A stretch of DNA of 62,036 nucleotides, filler included, from Squatina squatina (GCA_031763465.1; 3 parts of 3 records of this genome joined end to end with filler, not necessarily neighbours in it), one strand, 5' to 3'; shown: positions 37,201-50,989, numbered from the whole stretch's first letter. Program-made: numbers and translations. The notes: a model not told the origin generated them from the letters alone.

Positions 37201-37938
37201 TCTCCCTCAAATCCACTTTCCCGCCCGATCCCCATATCCCTAGAGTCCAAAAATCTATTGATCACAGCCTTGAATACACTCCTCCCCCACCCACTGAAAT
37301 CCCACAATGTGATGCAAAGTGGAATTTGGCTTGTTTAGGCATAGCTGAGCAGTGGCCCTGAAGAGTGGAATTGATTGTCGACTCCTGGCCTTCTACACAC
37401 ACTCCGATGTTGCGTTCCAAAGACTTTTTCTATGGTTGCATCGTTTCAAAAAAATGCCATTCAATTATTCAAGGCAAAGGGAATAAAGAATGAGCAGGCA
37501 TAGAACTAATTTCTCAGTAACGCTCCCAAAACATTTTATATACGCTGAATTACCAAGAAGTGTTACATCGCGTCTACAGCACAGGAGCAGGCCATTCGGC
37601 TTTATAGAGCTCGGTTTTCAATAGTAATTCAAAGGGCTCAAAAGATAGAGCTTGGAACCGAAGAGCCACTCTCTGTATACAATTATGCTGATCACCTGCA
37701 CTGGGTATCAATAAATTCTGTTCCATATCCTACAATAAGAAGTGTCTCATGCTTGCTCGAAGCGTGTTGTTGTGAACCAGAGGAGGAAGGAGATTGATTG
37801 TGGACAGTAGTGAACCGTACAGACTCGGAGGATCTCAGGTTTGGCCCCTGGTCTGTGCCACTCTCAACAGTAGCGGGTGGCTCTGTAATTAAGCCTCAGT
37901 GTTCTTGTGCAGTCTGAAGGAAGAATGAGAGGGAAGTC

Positions 37939-38162
37939 TTTTTTTCATTTATTTGTTCATGGGATGTGGGTGTCGCTGGCAAGGCCAGCATTTATTGCCC
38001 ATCCCTAGTTGCCCTTGAGAAGGTGGTAGTGAGCCGCCTTCTTGAACCGCTGCAGTCTATGTGTTGAAGGTACTCCCACAGTGCTGTTAGTTAGGGAGTT
38101 CCAGGATTTTGACCCAGCGACAATGTTTCCAAGTCAGGATGGTGTGTGACTTGGAGGGGAAT
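37939..38162 (-). mobile_element. CR1/L2-group LINE 3' terminus
   Basis: Minus translation AGSKSWNSLTNSTVGVPSTHRLQRFKKAAHYHLLKGN*, short 3' UTR and A-rich tail. Confidence 0.7.
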
Positions 38163-40176
38163 GGAAGCAAAGTCAGAAATCCCAAAACGTGACAATGCCT
38201 TCTTTCCTCTTGTATCGTTTCATACTGTATTTGTGGTGCTTTAAAACCAGCAAGCGTTATTATTTTCAATTGGACTTGACAAATACCACAGGACTCTTCA
38301 TTTGTTGCACCGTGAGCTCCTGCAAAAGTACAAGCTCCTCTTGTTTTCAACTTTTTCTGTTCTGCTGATATCTTGCAAATGCTTCAAGTTATTGTCAACT
38401 CTCTGGTTAGTGGACAATACTTGGCTATTTTAGATTCCACACAAACATTATGCACTGTCAGGGGAGAGACTTTAAAAAAAGTGAACATTTTTATTCATAA
38501 GAACGCCAGAGAAATTCAGCCAATACTAAAAACCACAAAATACTAAATTGTTAAAAAGCCTTGGACTCTTTAAGAGCTCCATCATTCATGGAGCTTCCTG
38601 CAGGCTCACTCCACATGGGCAAGGCCTATCCCATTCCAAGCAAATGAAAAATCTTTTTAGGCTTAATTTTAGAACATTATTGTATTCATATAGAGCTATG
38701 TTGCCTTTTCAGCAAGGCCACTTTCGGCCAGACTGTAAGCCTGTTGGAAAATTGCACTTGGCACAAAAGTCTAGTAAGTCTGGTCTTATGGATCTGAGCC
38801 GAAGTTTCTGGTCCCCAGCACCTATTCTGCTGTGCCACTGGGTTTAGCACCTGGAAAATGTACCCTTTTGTCTGTCTCTAGCGATTAACCTTTGCGCTCT
38901 GGTTTATGATAACAGTTAAACCTCCCAGAGTTAGTTTTGTGAACCAAACTTTTTAGGGAATTGTACTTATCAAATTATAAAATATATTACTTTATTAATA
39001 TTTGGCCTCATTTAAACTAAAAATGCAAATTTTATGCTAGATCCTGTAAACCTATACCTTATTGTCCCATGCTTCCCATTGCACCCAATACCACATTCTG
39101 TTTTATGGATTAAAAGTAAATTGTGGATCAACTTATAGTCTTTTTAAATAGGCACACATTTTGGGTTCCAAGAATGTCCTAAATGTGTCCAAGAATAATA
39201 TCAGTGTTGAGATGTAGTAATTCCAGGCCCTGCCCAGTGGTGTATTCTGACAACATTCTAAGCCATTTCCTGGCCAGGTACCCAGTCATCTGGACGTACT
39301 GTGAGCTCTGAACTTTTGGCCACTTGGTTCCATAGCAACTGTAGTAAATAACATTTAACTTGTTTCCTGCTTACGGTTGTAGTACATTATTTTTAATACT
39401 GTCAAAAATAATTGGAAGCTATATCGTTAAACAGTTGGTGCCTTAAGTTACTTTGATTATTCTTTGTTGAATACCCATGTTCAGTTTTGTAAAACCAGCT
39501 GCAGTTTGCCCCATTACTGGAAATATGAACTTAATGTGAAAAATAGGAATTTTCTCAAGTGTAGCTTGTCTAAACTCCTCATAATTACAGCTTTAAAATT
39601 GTACTTTTCTGTTGATTATGATCCCCTGAGTTCTCTAAAGAAGGGTCTAGTAAATATTCCACAAAGACATCAGACATTTTCCAATCGGAATTTCTTAAAC
39701 CAAGCTACTCAATGCTGCCTTCGGTGAACAGAACTTTCCTAGTTCAATTTCAAACAGAGTATGCTGTAAATCATTCTTTTGAGCTTCATCTTCTCTACAA
39801 TTTTTTATGTGAAATTTCCAGTACCTTCATGTTTAATGAAGGTATTGAAAATACATTCACAACCTTTACTAATGCCAACACAGCAAAATAATTTTGCAGA
39901 TCACCAATGAAGAAAATGATGTGTTAAATGCAGTGATATATAAGATGTGATGCTTTTTTGAAACTATACTTGGAAAGTTTAGTATTCAAAATAGACACTA
40001 AATCTCATAATCTGTTCCTGTATATCCTATTTTAATGTTGGAAAGTCTTGGCATAAAATGGTTTCCAGGATTCTCACAGTCATACGTTAAATATTTCATG
40101 TAACAAATAGCTGCTAACAAAGTGAATTTGGTAAGCAAATCTTTCCTGACAGTCTGCAATTGTGTCTCCATTTTAG

Positions 40177-40368
40177 CTTATATTTTACTATGGCTGTAAT
40201 GATCACTGGTGCCCAATCACATATTATGAAGATATGAAGAGAAGCTTTCCTGAAGGGACCATTCATCTCTGTCAAAAAGGAATTCGTCATGCCTTTGTTT
40301 TGGATGCCAGTGTAGAGATGGCTCAAATGCTGATAGACTGGTTACATACAGATCTAGCAAAATTGTAA
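40177..40368 (+). CDS. LDAH: LDAH terminal coding exon (contains the likely catalytic Asp and His)
   Basis: TTTTAG acceptor; LIFYYGCNDHWCPITYYEDMKRSFPEGTIHLCQKGIRHAFVLDASVEMAQMLIDWLHTDLAKL*; AATAAA at about 40495. Confidence 0.93.
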   Translation, partial: LIFYYGCNDHWCPITYYEDMKRSFPEGTIHLCQKGIRHAFVLDASVEMAQMLIDWLHTDLAKL

Positions 40369-43329
40369 TAGAGCCTTAGTATGTGCATAATGTAAAATAT
40401 TTTTTTTTAAAATTACATAATCTATCATGCAATATGTGCTCTTGGAATTCTAATGTGCTCTAGAATTGAACTATGGCTAGCTTATTTAAACAAAAATAAA
40501 TTAAATTTTAGATGTATCTTCCAGGCTTGAAAAATCATTTGCTAGTATGACTACTTGATTACAACAGCTTTCAAAAATGTGATTGCGCTGTAATTTTTAT
40601 ATCTATGTACAGCCCCTGTGTAAGTAAATCTGTTTTATATCAGGGTCATTTTTATGGGCTAATAATTGTTGGCATTCACTGTCTACTTGCAGTTCATTAG
40701 GTTAGTTGTAGTTTTCAATCAAAGGAATATTACAGATTTGTTGAAAAGCATAGATACAACTTTTCCAGNNNNNNNNNNNNNNNNNNNNNNNNNNNNNNNN
40801 NNNNNNNNNNNNNNNNNNNNNNNNNNNNNNNNNNNNNNNNNNNNNNNNNNNNNNNNNNNNNNNNNNNNCATAAAACTAACAAACCCACAGCACCACCAGC
40901 ATCCAACTATACAGCAGAATATTATTGCGTATTTAAATTTAAACATTCGTCATTGCTTTTCCCTGCAGGCTCAATTGCTTGTTGCAACTGTAACACTCAA
41001 AAACTCAATCACATCATATTTTAAACTAATTTGGATATTTAGATTGCATTTTCAGTTGTTGGTTGAAGGAAGAATTATAAATGCAATGCATCAATCAGTT
41101 CCCCATTTACATCTGCTCTTAGTGTACAGTAAGGAAGATGTTACAGAAGATGAAAGCAAACTTCCATAAGTCTAATTAAGAGGGCTGTGTTGCAGATGGA
41201 TGGACACCAAGAATTACAAAGAAGATACAGTATGATTAACAGTATGACACAAGTAAAGGCAAGAATGAGCTGGATCAGGATGTGTGCGAGCTGAATGCAA
41301 TGACAATTCAGCGGATGAGATTTATTGCACTGCAAATTAAACAAAGCTTCCAACATATGGGTCTGTAAGCATTTCCTCTGTGTGCTACTTCAGTTCCAAA
41401 CCTAAGGAAGCAGATTAGACCACTAAAGAAGAATTGTGGAACCAGTCACACCTTTTTATAATAAATTTTGGGATATCTTCCAGTTGTACTGTTCAATTGA
41501 TTTTATTATTGCAGATGGCATCTATCGATTATTTGCAGTGAAACTTTCTCATTTTGAACCATTTTCTGCATGTGTAAAATTTTCTCGTCACATGTTAAAC
41601 CAAAAGGCAAGACAATTAATTCTAAATTAATAGATTATAAGGCTCACATAAACAGTGTATACACTTGGGCCAATATGGAAGAGTTATTTACTGAAAAAAC
41701 ATTTGGGCACAAAACTCCTATCTGATATTCTTCTTCACGGCTATATGCTGAGGAGCTGCAACGTGTGAACCACAGAAGATTCAGACACACCAGGCTGGAT
41801 TTTCCACTGCTATCCCATCCAAAATAGGCCATGATAGTGGCGGCAAAGAAGGCTAAATTGGGTGGTAAGACCTACCACCGTGATCCTACCCTAAGCTCCA
41901 TTTCCCTGCCCCATTCCCACAAGGACTGCTAACAGTAGCCCCTTCCCCACCCACCACATATAAAGGCTAGCTGCGGACAGGGACAGCTTCCAAGCCAATT
42001 TTGCTGCAATCTGCTTCTGTTATCACCACTCCCNNNNNNNNNNNNNNNNNNNNNNNNNNNNNNNNNNNNNNNNNNNNNNNNNNNNNNNNNNNNNNNNNNN
42101 NNNNNNNNNNNNNNNNNNNNNNNNNNNNNNNNNTAGATATGGTAAGGTCCCAATATTCTTTTAATGGAGGATCAGGGCTTTCTCTCTTTCCAAAATGGTG
42201 CAATGCACTTTCAACAAAGACCCAAATAAAAATTTGGAACCCCCTTTGGGACTCTTTCACCCCCTTAAATTTCTGGCTGCCTCTTCTGATGCTGCAGTGT
42301 TGGTTCCGCTGCAGCATTGCCAGGATTTTGCTCCCTCACGGTGGTGTGTCTCTCTCTTGATGGCAGGAATCCCACTGAGAGTCTTCACTGCATGAGAAAT
42401 GACCCCAAACTTAGAAAATGGATCTTGTTTGCAGAGGTCTCGAGGTGACAGGCAGAAGTCCCACCCAATTTTAATAAAGCTGTGAAGAGGAGAATCTTGC
42501 CCATCAAGTTATCACCACCAGGGATTTCAAACATGTGGCTGAACATTGAGCCAGAGTGGCAGTAGCTCATTAAAAGTTTAGGTTACATATGAGAGAGCCT
42601 GCATCCAAAAATGAGCGTTGAAAGTAGGCAATGTCAGCAGTTCTTCAGAATTTAGCAGCTGACTAAAGAAATGCATTGTCAGAAGCATGGGGGTGAGTTT
42701 TATGCCCATTCTCAGTCTTTCTTCTGTACATTCTGGGATTATGAAGGTGGAAGTGAGAAGGCGTCCTTAATGCAAGCTGAATGAGGGTGTGCTTAGGACA
42801 ATCTGCCTCTGCCTGTCCATAGAATATGTTCTCACGTAGATTTGGTTGTTGCTCATGGGTTTCAAAGACTCCTTCAGCTACAACAGGATCTGCCTTTATT
42901 AAAGATGTGATAGCAGCACATTTGGAAAGTGGCGAAATCATCGGACAAAGTCAGCATGGATTTATGAAAGGTNNNNNNNNNNNNNNNNNNNNNNNNNNNN
43001 NNNNNNNNNNNNNNNNNNNNNNNNNNNNNNNNNNNNNNNNNNNNNNNNNNNNNNNNNNNNNNNNNNNNNNNNNNNNNNNNNNNNNNNNNNNNNNNNNNNN
43101 NNNNNNNNNNNNNNNNNNNNNNNNNNNNNNNNNNNNNNNNNNNNNNNNNNNNNNNNNNNNNNNNNNNNNNNNNNNNNNNNNNNNNNNNNNNNNNNNNNNN
43201 NNNNNNNNNNNNNNNNNNNNNNNNNNNNNNNNNNNNNNNNNNNNNNNNNNNNNNNNNNNNNNNNNNNNNNNNNNNNNNNNNNNNNNNNNNNNNNNNNNNN
43301 NNNNNNNNNNNNNNNNNNNNNNNNNNNNN

Positions 43330-43640
43330 TACAACCCTGCCAGAACTCTCCATTCCCCCAACTCTAGCCTCCTGTGCATCACTTCCCTTCACCTCCATTG
43401 CAGCTGTGTCTTTAGCTGTCAAGGCCCCATTCTGTGGAATTTTCTCCCTAAATACCTCCTTCCTTTTGCCTCACTCTTCTCTTTTAAAGACACTCCTTAA
43501 AATTCATTTCTTTGACCAAGTGTTTGATCGCCCCCCCCACCACCTCTTTCTCTGATTCTGCATCCATTTCAGTCTGATTGCATCTTTGTGAAGCTTTTTT
43601 TCTATGATAATAGTGCAATGTAAATTCAAATTGTTGTCAC
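43330..43640 (+). mobile_element. L2 LINE 3' end
   Basis: YNPARTLHSPNSSLL...FSCQGPILWNFLP...SFK pattern; similar copy at 53266-53560. Confidence 0.7.
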
Positions 43641-43649
43641 TTAAAAACA

Positions 43650-43880
43650 AGATTTGATCCCAGGTCTGTGCTGAGTTAGTTGATCTCAGCTGATGTGGCA
43701 GTAAGGGTTCTATTACTGGCCTCTGTGGTGCTGGGCTAGGGTGTGGAAACATTGGGCAGGGTTCCCACTACTGATTGCTATCCAGTGACTCCTACTGTGA
43801 AATCCAGGCATATATATATTGGTTAAGAATAGGATGGGGCTTGGTTGTGATGCCCCTGGTAAAACAGCTAGATGACACTC
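43650..43880 (+). mobile_element. AmnSINE2-like SINE fragment
   Basis: GGTCTGTGCTGAGTTAGTTGATCTCAGC...CTGGGCTAGGG...GGGTTCCCACTACTGATTGCTATCCAGTGAC...TGTGATGCCCC. Confidence 0.7.
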
Positions 43881-45034
43881 AGGGCGGCCAATTCGGCCGT
43901 TAATGCCCATGCTAAAATAGCGCAAAACGGGCATTAACGGCCGAATGACAATTTTGGGTAATAAGTTGTCCGCTGGCCAATTCGGGTGGCCCGATCCCGG
44001 GCACTAAAGGAACGTTGCACCGGGAGCACGTGAAGCGCGGTGGCCGGTGGTAGAGGGCGGGCGTGACGTCATCATTNNNNNNNNNNNNNNNNNNNNNNNN
44101 NNNNNNNNNNNNNNNNNNNNNNNNNNNNNNNNNNNNNNNNNNNNNNNNNNNNNNNNNNNNNNNNNNNNNNNNNNNNCTATTTGAGTCTTTGCCCTCAACA
44201 TGTTGGCCTGTACTATTAATGTTGGTATTTGCATGGATTTAACATTAGTGGTCAATGTTGGTGGCACAATCACTGCCGTTTCCACTCTGTGGTAATGGCC
44301 CACGGTCATGCTTTTATCATCAGAGTCATTAAAAGCCCATTAATCTTCTAATGAGGGGGCATTCTTGAGGATTGCCACAGTGCAATTTTCAGTGATAAAT
44401 TCCGGCATTAAATGCTCATGGCTTTATTTCAAAGTTAATTCGGCCTTAAAAGTACAAGAACACTGAAAATATTCTTAGAAACCTATTCAAAGCCCGAGTG
44501 TGGGTTCCTTACAGGTCAAGTAAAGAATGAAAACAATCTTCCACTTCCCATGTTACCTCTAACCGAAATCATTATAAATTGGAGATTGGACACTATCCTT
44601 GGTTTAAGGGTGCAGTTTTTTTTAGGCAGGTTTTTTTCTGTAAATGTTTCGAGTAGCATGAGAGCAAGTGCCCGATGCCAGGCCGAGAATATTCAGTAAG
44701 CAGTATTCCCAGGTTAGGCAATAATTGAAAACTTTGAAAACTTCTACAACTTCATAACAATGGTCCAGCAAAAGATGGGAAGGTATGATGGCGGCGGGAT
44801 AATTTCGCCGTTCCCCACAGCTTCCCACTGAGGCTAGAACCATTATACTTGTTTTCAATTAAGGTTTGTCTCATTTCTGGGTGTAACTTGAATTTGATTA
44901 AACTCCGAAAACTGCGCCAACGTTACTTAAAGGAGACGGAAATGCGACCAGCCAATCTACCGCCAGGCATTACAATCCAGGTGATACAAAGTGGAAGTTA
45001 CATTTAAAAGTGATGCTGACTATGACGGTAGAGT

Positions 45035-45270
45035 CTAGTGTGGTACTGAGTCACACAAACCAGAGAAGGCTGAATGTTTGATACCTGGTCTGTGATCTTG
45101 CCAGGGTTGTCTTCAATACTCTTGTGTCATCAGGAAAAATCAGCCAGGGCTCCCCCCTCCAAATCATTATCTGGTCACTCCGCTGGAAAATGCAGGCTTG
45201 CGGACATCAGGTGAGGCCGAGATTGGGCTAGGCTGTAATGGTTCACGTTGTTAAATAGCCCACCAACAGA
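45035..45270 (+). mobile_element. AmnSINE2-like SINE fragment
   Basis: GTGTGGTACTGAGTCACACAAACCAG...GGAAAAATCAGCCAGGGCTC...GCTGGAAAATGC...GGACATCAGGTGAGG. Confidence 0.65.
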
Positions 45271-48200
45271 CATTAGGGTTGATTCTGCGGTCGGGTGCTA
45301 GCAGAGAACGCTGACCAGAAAATCATGAGCCACGAGGAATGGATTTTCCACCCGATCCCAGAATCGGACCTGCTGACTCTGCTCCAATGCGAACAATGGC
45401 CAATTGGGTGAATTACAAGAAGGCGGACGAGGCTCTGGGAACATCACCGTCAGAGTGGAGAAAATAAAACATTCCTTCCTTGTAATTGGGCATTGACCTA
45501 ACTCGAAGGACTGAAAGTCCCTGTTAATCCCTCTCCCGCCTGACCGGAGCTGTTTGTGCAGCGTTTTCTAAGCGAGAGGAGACGAACATCAGTCAAATGC
45601 TGCAACAGAGAGTAAAACCTGATATTACTAAGAGTGAATACTGGTAATCTCAGAGTCAAACTGTCATACCAGGCAATCGCACTGACATATCCTTTTATTT
45701 TTTTTGCATTACTTTATACTTCACTTGTCTTGAAACTAAGAGAAGTGCCTGTGGCTGAGAGGTCCTGAGATGTGGAGCAGGCTCCCAGAAAGCGTTTGTT
45801 CGGTCCAAGCTATCCCACAAACCTAATCCAGATGCCAATTGATTCCAGCGACAACTCATTGAGATAATAATGAATCTGCGCGTTGTTTGAAGGTGCTCTC
45901 TTTAATTATTAATAAAATATTTAATAAAACTTATAGTCTGTACAAAACAATTTTAGAAAAGAGTATTAGAAAAGATACAAAGAGTGCTTACTTTCAATAT
46001 ATACTACTATATAATATTTCCAAGAAAATAAATTGCCGTTTACATTTAATTTACAGTTCAATATATACAGTCAATATAAAGCATAGAATACATATAAACA
46101 GTGCATTAATATCTGCTGCAGAGTTGTGGCATCAGTCTGTGCAGAGACTGCGAGCTGTGACAGTGAGGCTGCTGCCTTCTCAGCTCTGACGCATCGCAGT
46201 TTCTTTCTCCAAACGAGAAGTGGGGCACGCTGGCGGCTCGAAAAGTTATTTTACCAGCAGAGTGGATTATTGGCAGTGTAAATAATATTTCTATCAGATC
46301 TATACAACCCAGGTTTTGGGGGAGGGGGGAGCATCCAGTTCCCGACAGCACGTAACCTCACAATCATCCACTGTGCACTTTTCACGCAAAACTGTTTATG
46401 TTACAATTGTCTTCAACGGAGAAATGTTAACGAAACGACATACATTATGCATAATTGAAATGTGAAACTATGAAAGCAAATGTATATACCGTTCCCCGAA
46501 ATGTTCCCAACCTTCGATTGCATGGGACATTTCAGATAGATCCGGGATGAAGATTGGGGCTGTGGAACTGTAACATTATTTGACTAATTTATGTTTAAAG
46601 CACAAAGCATGTTAGCATGTAACTGAGTTAAGTTGGGGAGAATATTATTTAGATTTGATTTGAATCCAGCCTAAACAGGCTCGCAAAAGCCATACAAGTC
46701 TCTTCTCATCGTAAAAAGCTTATAGATTGTACAATGCCGTTGGATTCCGATAAAAGCGCGTTGGTTATTCAGTTTGATCATGATCATGCACCAGTCAANN
46801 NNNNNNNNNNNNNNNNNNNNNNNNNNNNNNNNNNNNNNNNNNNNNNNNNNNNNNNNNNNNNNNNNNNNNNNNNNNNNNNNNNNNNNNNNNNNNNNNNNGG
46901 AATGCCACATTGGGATTCTCGAAGCGCTATGTGCTTATCCAGAATCCAATGCATAAAGAGTATTGTGCCAGGATAACGAGATCATCCCAACTCGAGACAA
47001 GCTAATCATTCTTCCTTGTGATAGATAGTCTCCATTACTATTCGTGACAGTTTATACCCTGTGCATCTACTGGAACACGAAAATGCTCAAACTTAACTTA
47101 AATCCAGGTAGAGGCAATTCAGCAAAATGTTTTTAATTTGCTGCTGTCAGGAGCATTTTGGACTAGCATAAGGTTTACAGTGTGTGTAATAGAACACAGA
47201 TGGTTCCTTCAAGATGAAGATTCGGATAAATGTTAAGGTCAGGATACGGGCTGGTTTCATATTTGGATTTAGACTAAGATGTCAATTGCTTTTATGGACG
47301 TCTCTAAATACACACATATATACATAGGAAGGAGTTCGAGTTGTAAAACCCCAAATGAGAGCGCCATGTGGTGATAGAAGGTAAATGAAGATGTTTTAAA
47401 AAGTTAACGCTTTATGGGGGTGGGGGACTATAAAGAACAGAGCCGGTTGAGGGCTTCCGCCGAGAACCTCAGCGCACCGTTCTTGCTCAATTCCCAGAGG
47501 CATGAACAGGGTCGAGGTCCGTGTGATTGATGCACCGGGCCAGATTGCAGGTTTGCGCCTGTGCACTCGCCACTGATCATCCGGGGCAAAATCCAGCTCA
47601 ATCAATAATCGCGTGCTGATGGCTAACAAACAAAATGAGCTCAGAGGTGGCACATTGTAACATTGACATTTTATAAACTGAACATCTTACCTAGTCATCG
47701 TTTCTTTATAAGGGGCTCGCCTTTACAGCAAGGCACAAACCGCACTCGGGTTTCCTAGTTTGTGAACCGCTGTTATGAGCGGCCTATTTTCGGGGAGAAA
47801 ATGTTTTACTTTTATTCCTTTGGTTTTCCCAGAAACACATTTCTTGAAGTTAATGCATTGCATATTCAGCATTTCTATGCCAGTAATCTTGGATAATTAT
47901 AGGCAGCCATTAGATCGCGGGTGACTGTTCCTGCATTCAGGAAATTATAAGTAGCCAACAGATATTGAAAACAGGACTTTATAAACCATAATTCTTTAAA
48001 GATGCAGTATACTTTTTTCTGCGCCTGCATAGGAAGGATGTAAAACGTGTATAAAATAAAATCTATTTTATGTCCTCGTATACAAATGTTATATTTTTAA
48101 AATCGCGTCTGTAATGAGAATGCATTACCGTCGATTCATTTTAACACAAAAAGCAATAGCTGAAAGTTTGTTTGATTCCAAAAGCAGTGGGCGCTGTTCA

Positions 48201-48986
48201 AGGAAGGTGTGCATAATTGTAAGATAATGACTGAAACTTTAAATACTAATATCCTTAGTTATTTTATGATCCGGACATCTGCTGTCATTTTAAGCGAAGT
48301 TTCAGCGCGATATTGAATACACTTGATGTGTGCTCATGACCCTGGGCCACGGAGGAAAGACCATCGGCCAACTAACAAGCAAAAGGGGTAATGGGCAATA
48401 GGGGGGCCCTTAGAATCACGGAGTGATGCTCATAACAGTGAGCACACAGATTTCTGTGCAATTGGTCTCTCGTTGCTATGCAAAGTCTGAGTTATGCACA
48501 TAAAGTGCCATCATTTTATAGTAATAGATGTTTGTTTTTGTTTCCAGCCAGAAGCTGTGTGTTGTTCACTTCCAGCGTCTGGATCACGCGCCTCCTTGGC
48601 TCTACTGGTAGCTTTTTTTCTTTAATACTGTACATGTGTTCCAGTATCACAGTGGCGCGGCACCGACGCTTCATATTGTTGCAGCTAGATGCCCGAGTCT
48701 TGGTGAACACACACCAACTAGCTGAAGTCACATCGACACGGGGAGAAGGATACTCCATGCTACGCCTTCCTCCACGTTCAGGCGCACACAACCTCTCGGT
48801 GTTATCGTTTGGTAGACTTTAATTCACCCAATATATCAGCTGGAGGTGTAAGTAACACGGCCAACGATTTATAAGTGCACTGGGGTTAAAGGGGGACTGG
48901 CACAATGAGACGCCGAATTTCCCGTATAGTCGAGCCGTAGAGATGCATAGTATTTCAAAGATTTCTAGGCATATGTTGATCAGGGG

Positions 48987-49086
48987 NNNNNNNNNNNNNN
49001 NNNNNNNNNNNNNNNNNNNNNNNNNNNNNNTTAATTAATTAANNNNNNNNNNNNNNNNNNNNNNNNNNNNNNNNNNNNNNNNNNNN
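48987..49086. other. Artificial scaffold linker (44N-TTAATTAATTAA-44N)
   Basis: Identical construct to 29556-29655; 12-mer at 49031-49042. Confidence 0.95.
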
Positions 49087-49329
49087 AATAAATTTTTAAA
49101 ATAAAACTTTCATTAAAATAGCAATTTTTACTGATTCAGTGGCTAAAGAATTGACTTCTGAAGTCAAAATTGATCATTTTTTTAAAACCAGAATGTATCA
49201 TTAATAGTTAATATGCTGAATTGGTTAATTCTTGTTACAAACCACTTCTTCCATTTCAAAATGTCAAATTAAAGGTGATTAAACTATGCAGATTAATTTG
49301 CAGTTATGAAACATAATGTCTAAATTACC

Positions 49330-49890
49330 TAAAAAGCTAAAATGCCCCATTTAATCATGCTTTACATGAATGTAACTGTAAGCCTTAAGGGGCTAAAAAT
49401 CAACTGACCTTTCATGTGTAGTGCTGTAATCTTTAACGCAAAGTGTCTAATTAATTTGTTTTGCCTACATGTTGTTACTGGCCACGATGCATGAGGGAAC
49501 ATGAAGATAGTTATAATCATGCATTGCACTGAAAGTGTTTTCTTTTTGAGGCTGCAGTCATTAAGCGGGTGAAGTGAAAGCAAACCCATTGACAAGTGAG
49601 AATGGAAATAATTTATATTATATTGATGTTGTGTGACAAATATGTCAGAGTGGTGGCAGAATGCTGTGGGACTTTGTGAAGTATAAATGTTATATGCAGA
49701 GATGAAACCCTTCACAGCTCATTTAGTCCAAATACAGCCACCTGGGTGGTGAATCAGTTCAGCATACCATCCAGGGCATTCCTGTGCAAAATTAAATCTC
49801 TTAAAGGCAAGCATATAGAGGTATGCATTAATCATTACAGCTTAAATGTCATTTTGCAGGGCTCACAAAGGGATAAAGGAAACATACAAC
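49330..49890. promoter_or_regulatory. Candidate conserved non-coding element in the FAM172A segment
   Basis: Repeat-free, AT-rich, with homeodomain (CTAATTAA), TGACA and TGACCTTT (49405-49412) motifs; conservation itself not measured. Confidence 0.45.
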
Positions 49891-50989
49891 ATTTTGAATA
49901 GTCTTTATTGNNNNNNNNNNNNNNNNNNNNNNNNNNNNNNNNNNNNNNNNNNNNNNNNNNNNNNNNNNNNNNNNNNNNNNNNNNNNNNNNNNNNNNNNNN
50001 NNNNNNNNNNAAACCTTTCTCAAAATTGATACAAAATGTTTTGGGTTCGCATTCAGTAAACTGAGAGCATAAAGGAGGGAGACAGGGTCATTACCCATTA
50101 TATGGTACAATATTACTGTGTTGTACAAGTGATCCATTCTTTCTGTATCAAACCGTCTTATAAAAATGTTATGCCTCAATAAAAGTTTTAGAACTTCAGG
50201 ATCAATTTCTTCCAAATATTAAACTATATAGAAAATACAAATCTATATCACTACTTCAAGGTGAGCCATGACAGTAGGAATAAGAGGCATAGACACAAAC
50301 TGGTAAAAAGTGAGCTGATGTCTGGAAGAAATTCTTTATCCACTTTGAATATTTTGAATAGAGGTCTGGGCAGGGTAGCAGAAGCAAATCTTACTCATTG
50401 TGGGCAATAACATGGGATGTAGAATAGTACGGTGAAAATCAGTATTTCTGTTGCGTGTTCCATTGAACCATGTTATGCAAGAACCTTCCTGCAGACGTTG
50501 CCATGGTAAATATATGCAAACTTAACTATTATGGTTACCCACAACCCTTTGCCTGTGATGCTTGTAGGTGGTTCTCTAATAGTGAGACAACACCGAGATG
50601 TAATGCTCTGTCATGTAGAAATATTGGAAAACTGCTTTGAGTTGTATGTAGTTGAATGCTTTGGCAGTGGCACTATTTTTTTTCCCACAAATTCCTCAAA
50701 GTAGGTACTGAAAATATTTCCTCTACGCTTTTTTCTCTAACTGAATGATGAAACGAATTATTTATAGCTTTGAATGTCGTTAAAATTTTCACTTGAAGTG
50801 CCTCAGCTTTTCTCAAAAGCTTGGATTTAATGGGCCAGAAATGCCGGACGGAGGCTTCCTACGGGCGTAAGCTTCCGACCCGTAAAGTTTCTACGAAAAT
50901 ACCTGGTGGCCCGGGAGGTTCGCAGCCTTGCGTTATTGGGCCTCTTTGCGAATGCCAGCATAGAGACCCAGGTATCCTAGCAGCATATG

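Noticed and set aside
46262-46300. miR-34/449 family gene (TGGCAGTGTA)
   Set aside because: Match stops after about 10 nt and there is no precursor hairpin; at most a target site on the minus strand.
48478-48822. Overlapping 114-aa and 91-aa ORFs near the putative GDF7 block
   Set aside because: No TGF-beta prodomain, cystine-knot or other recognisable motif.
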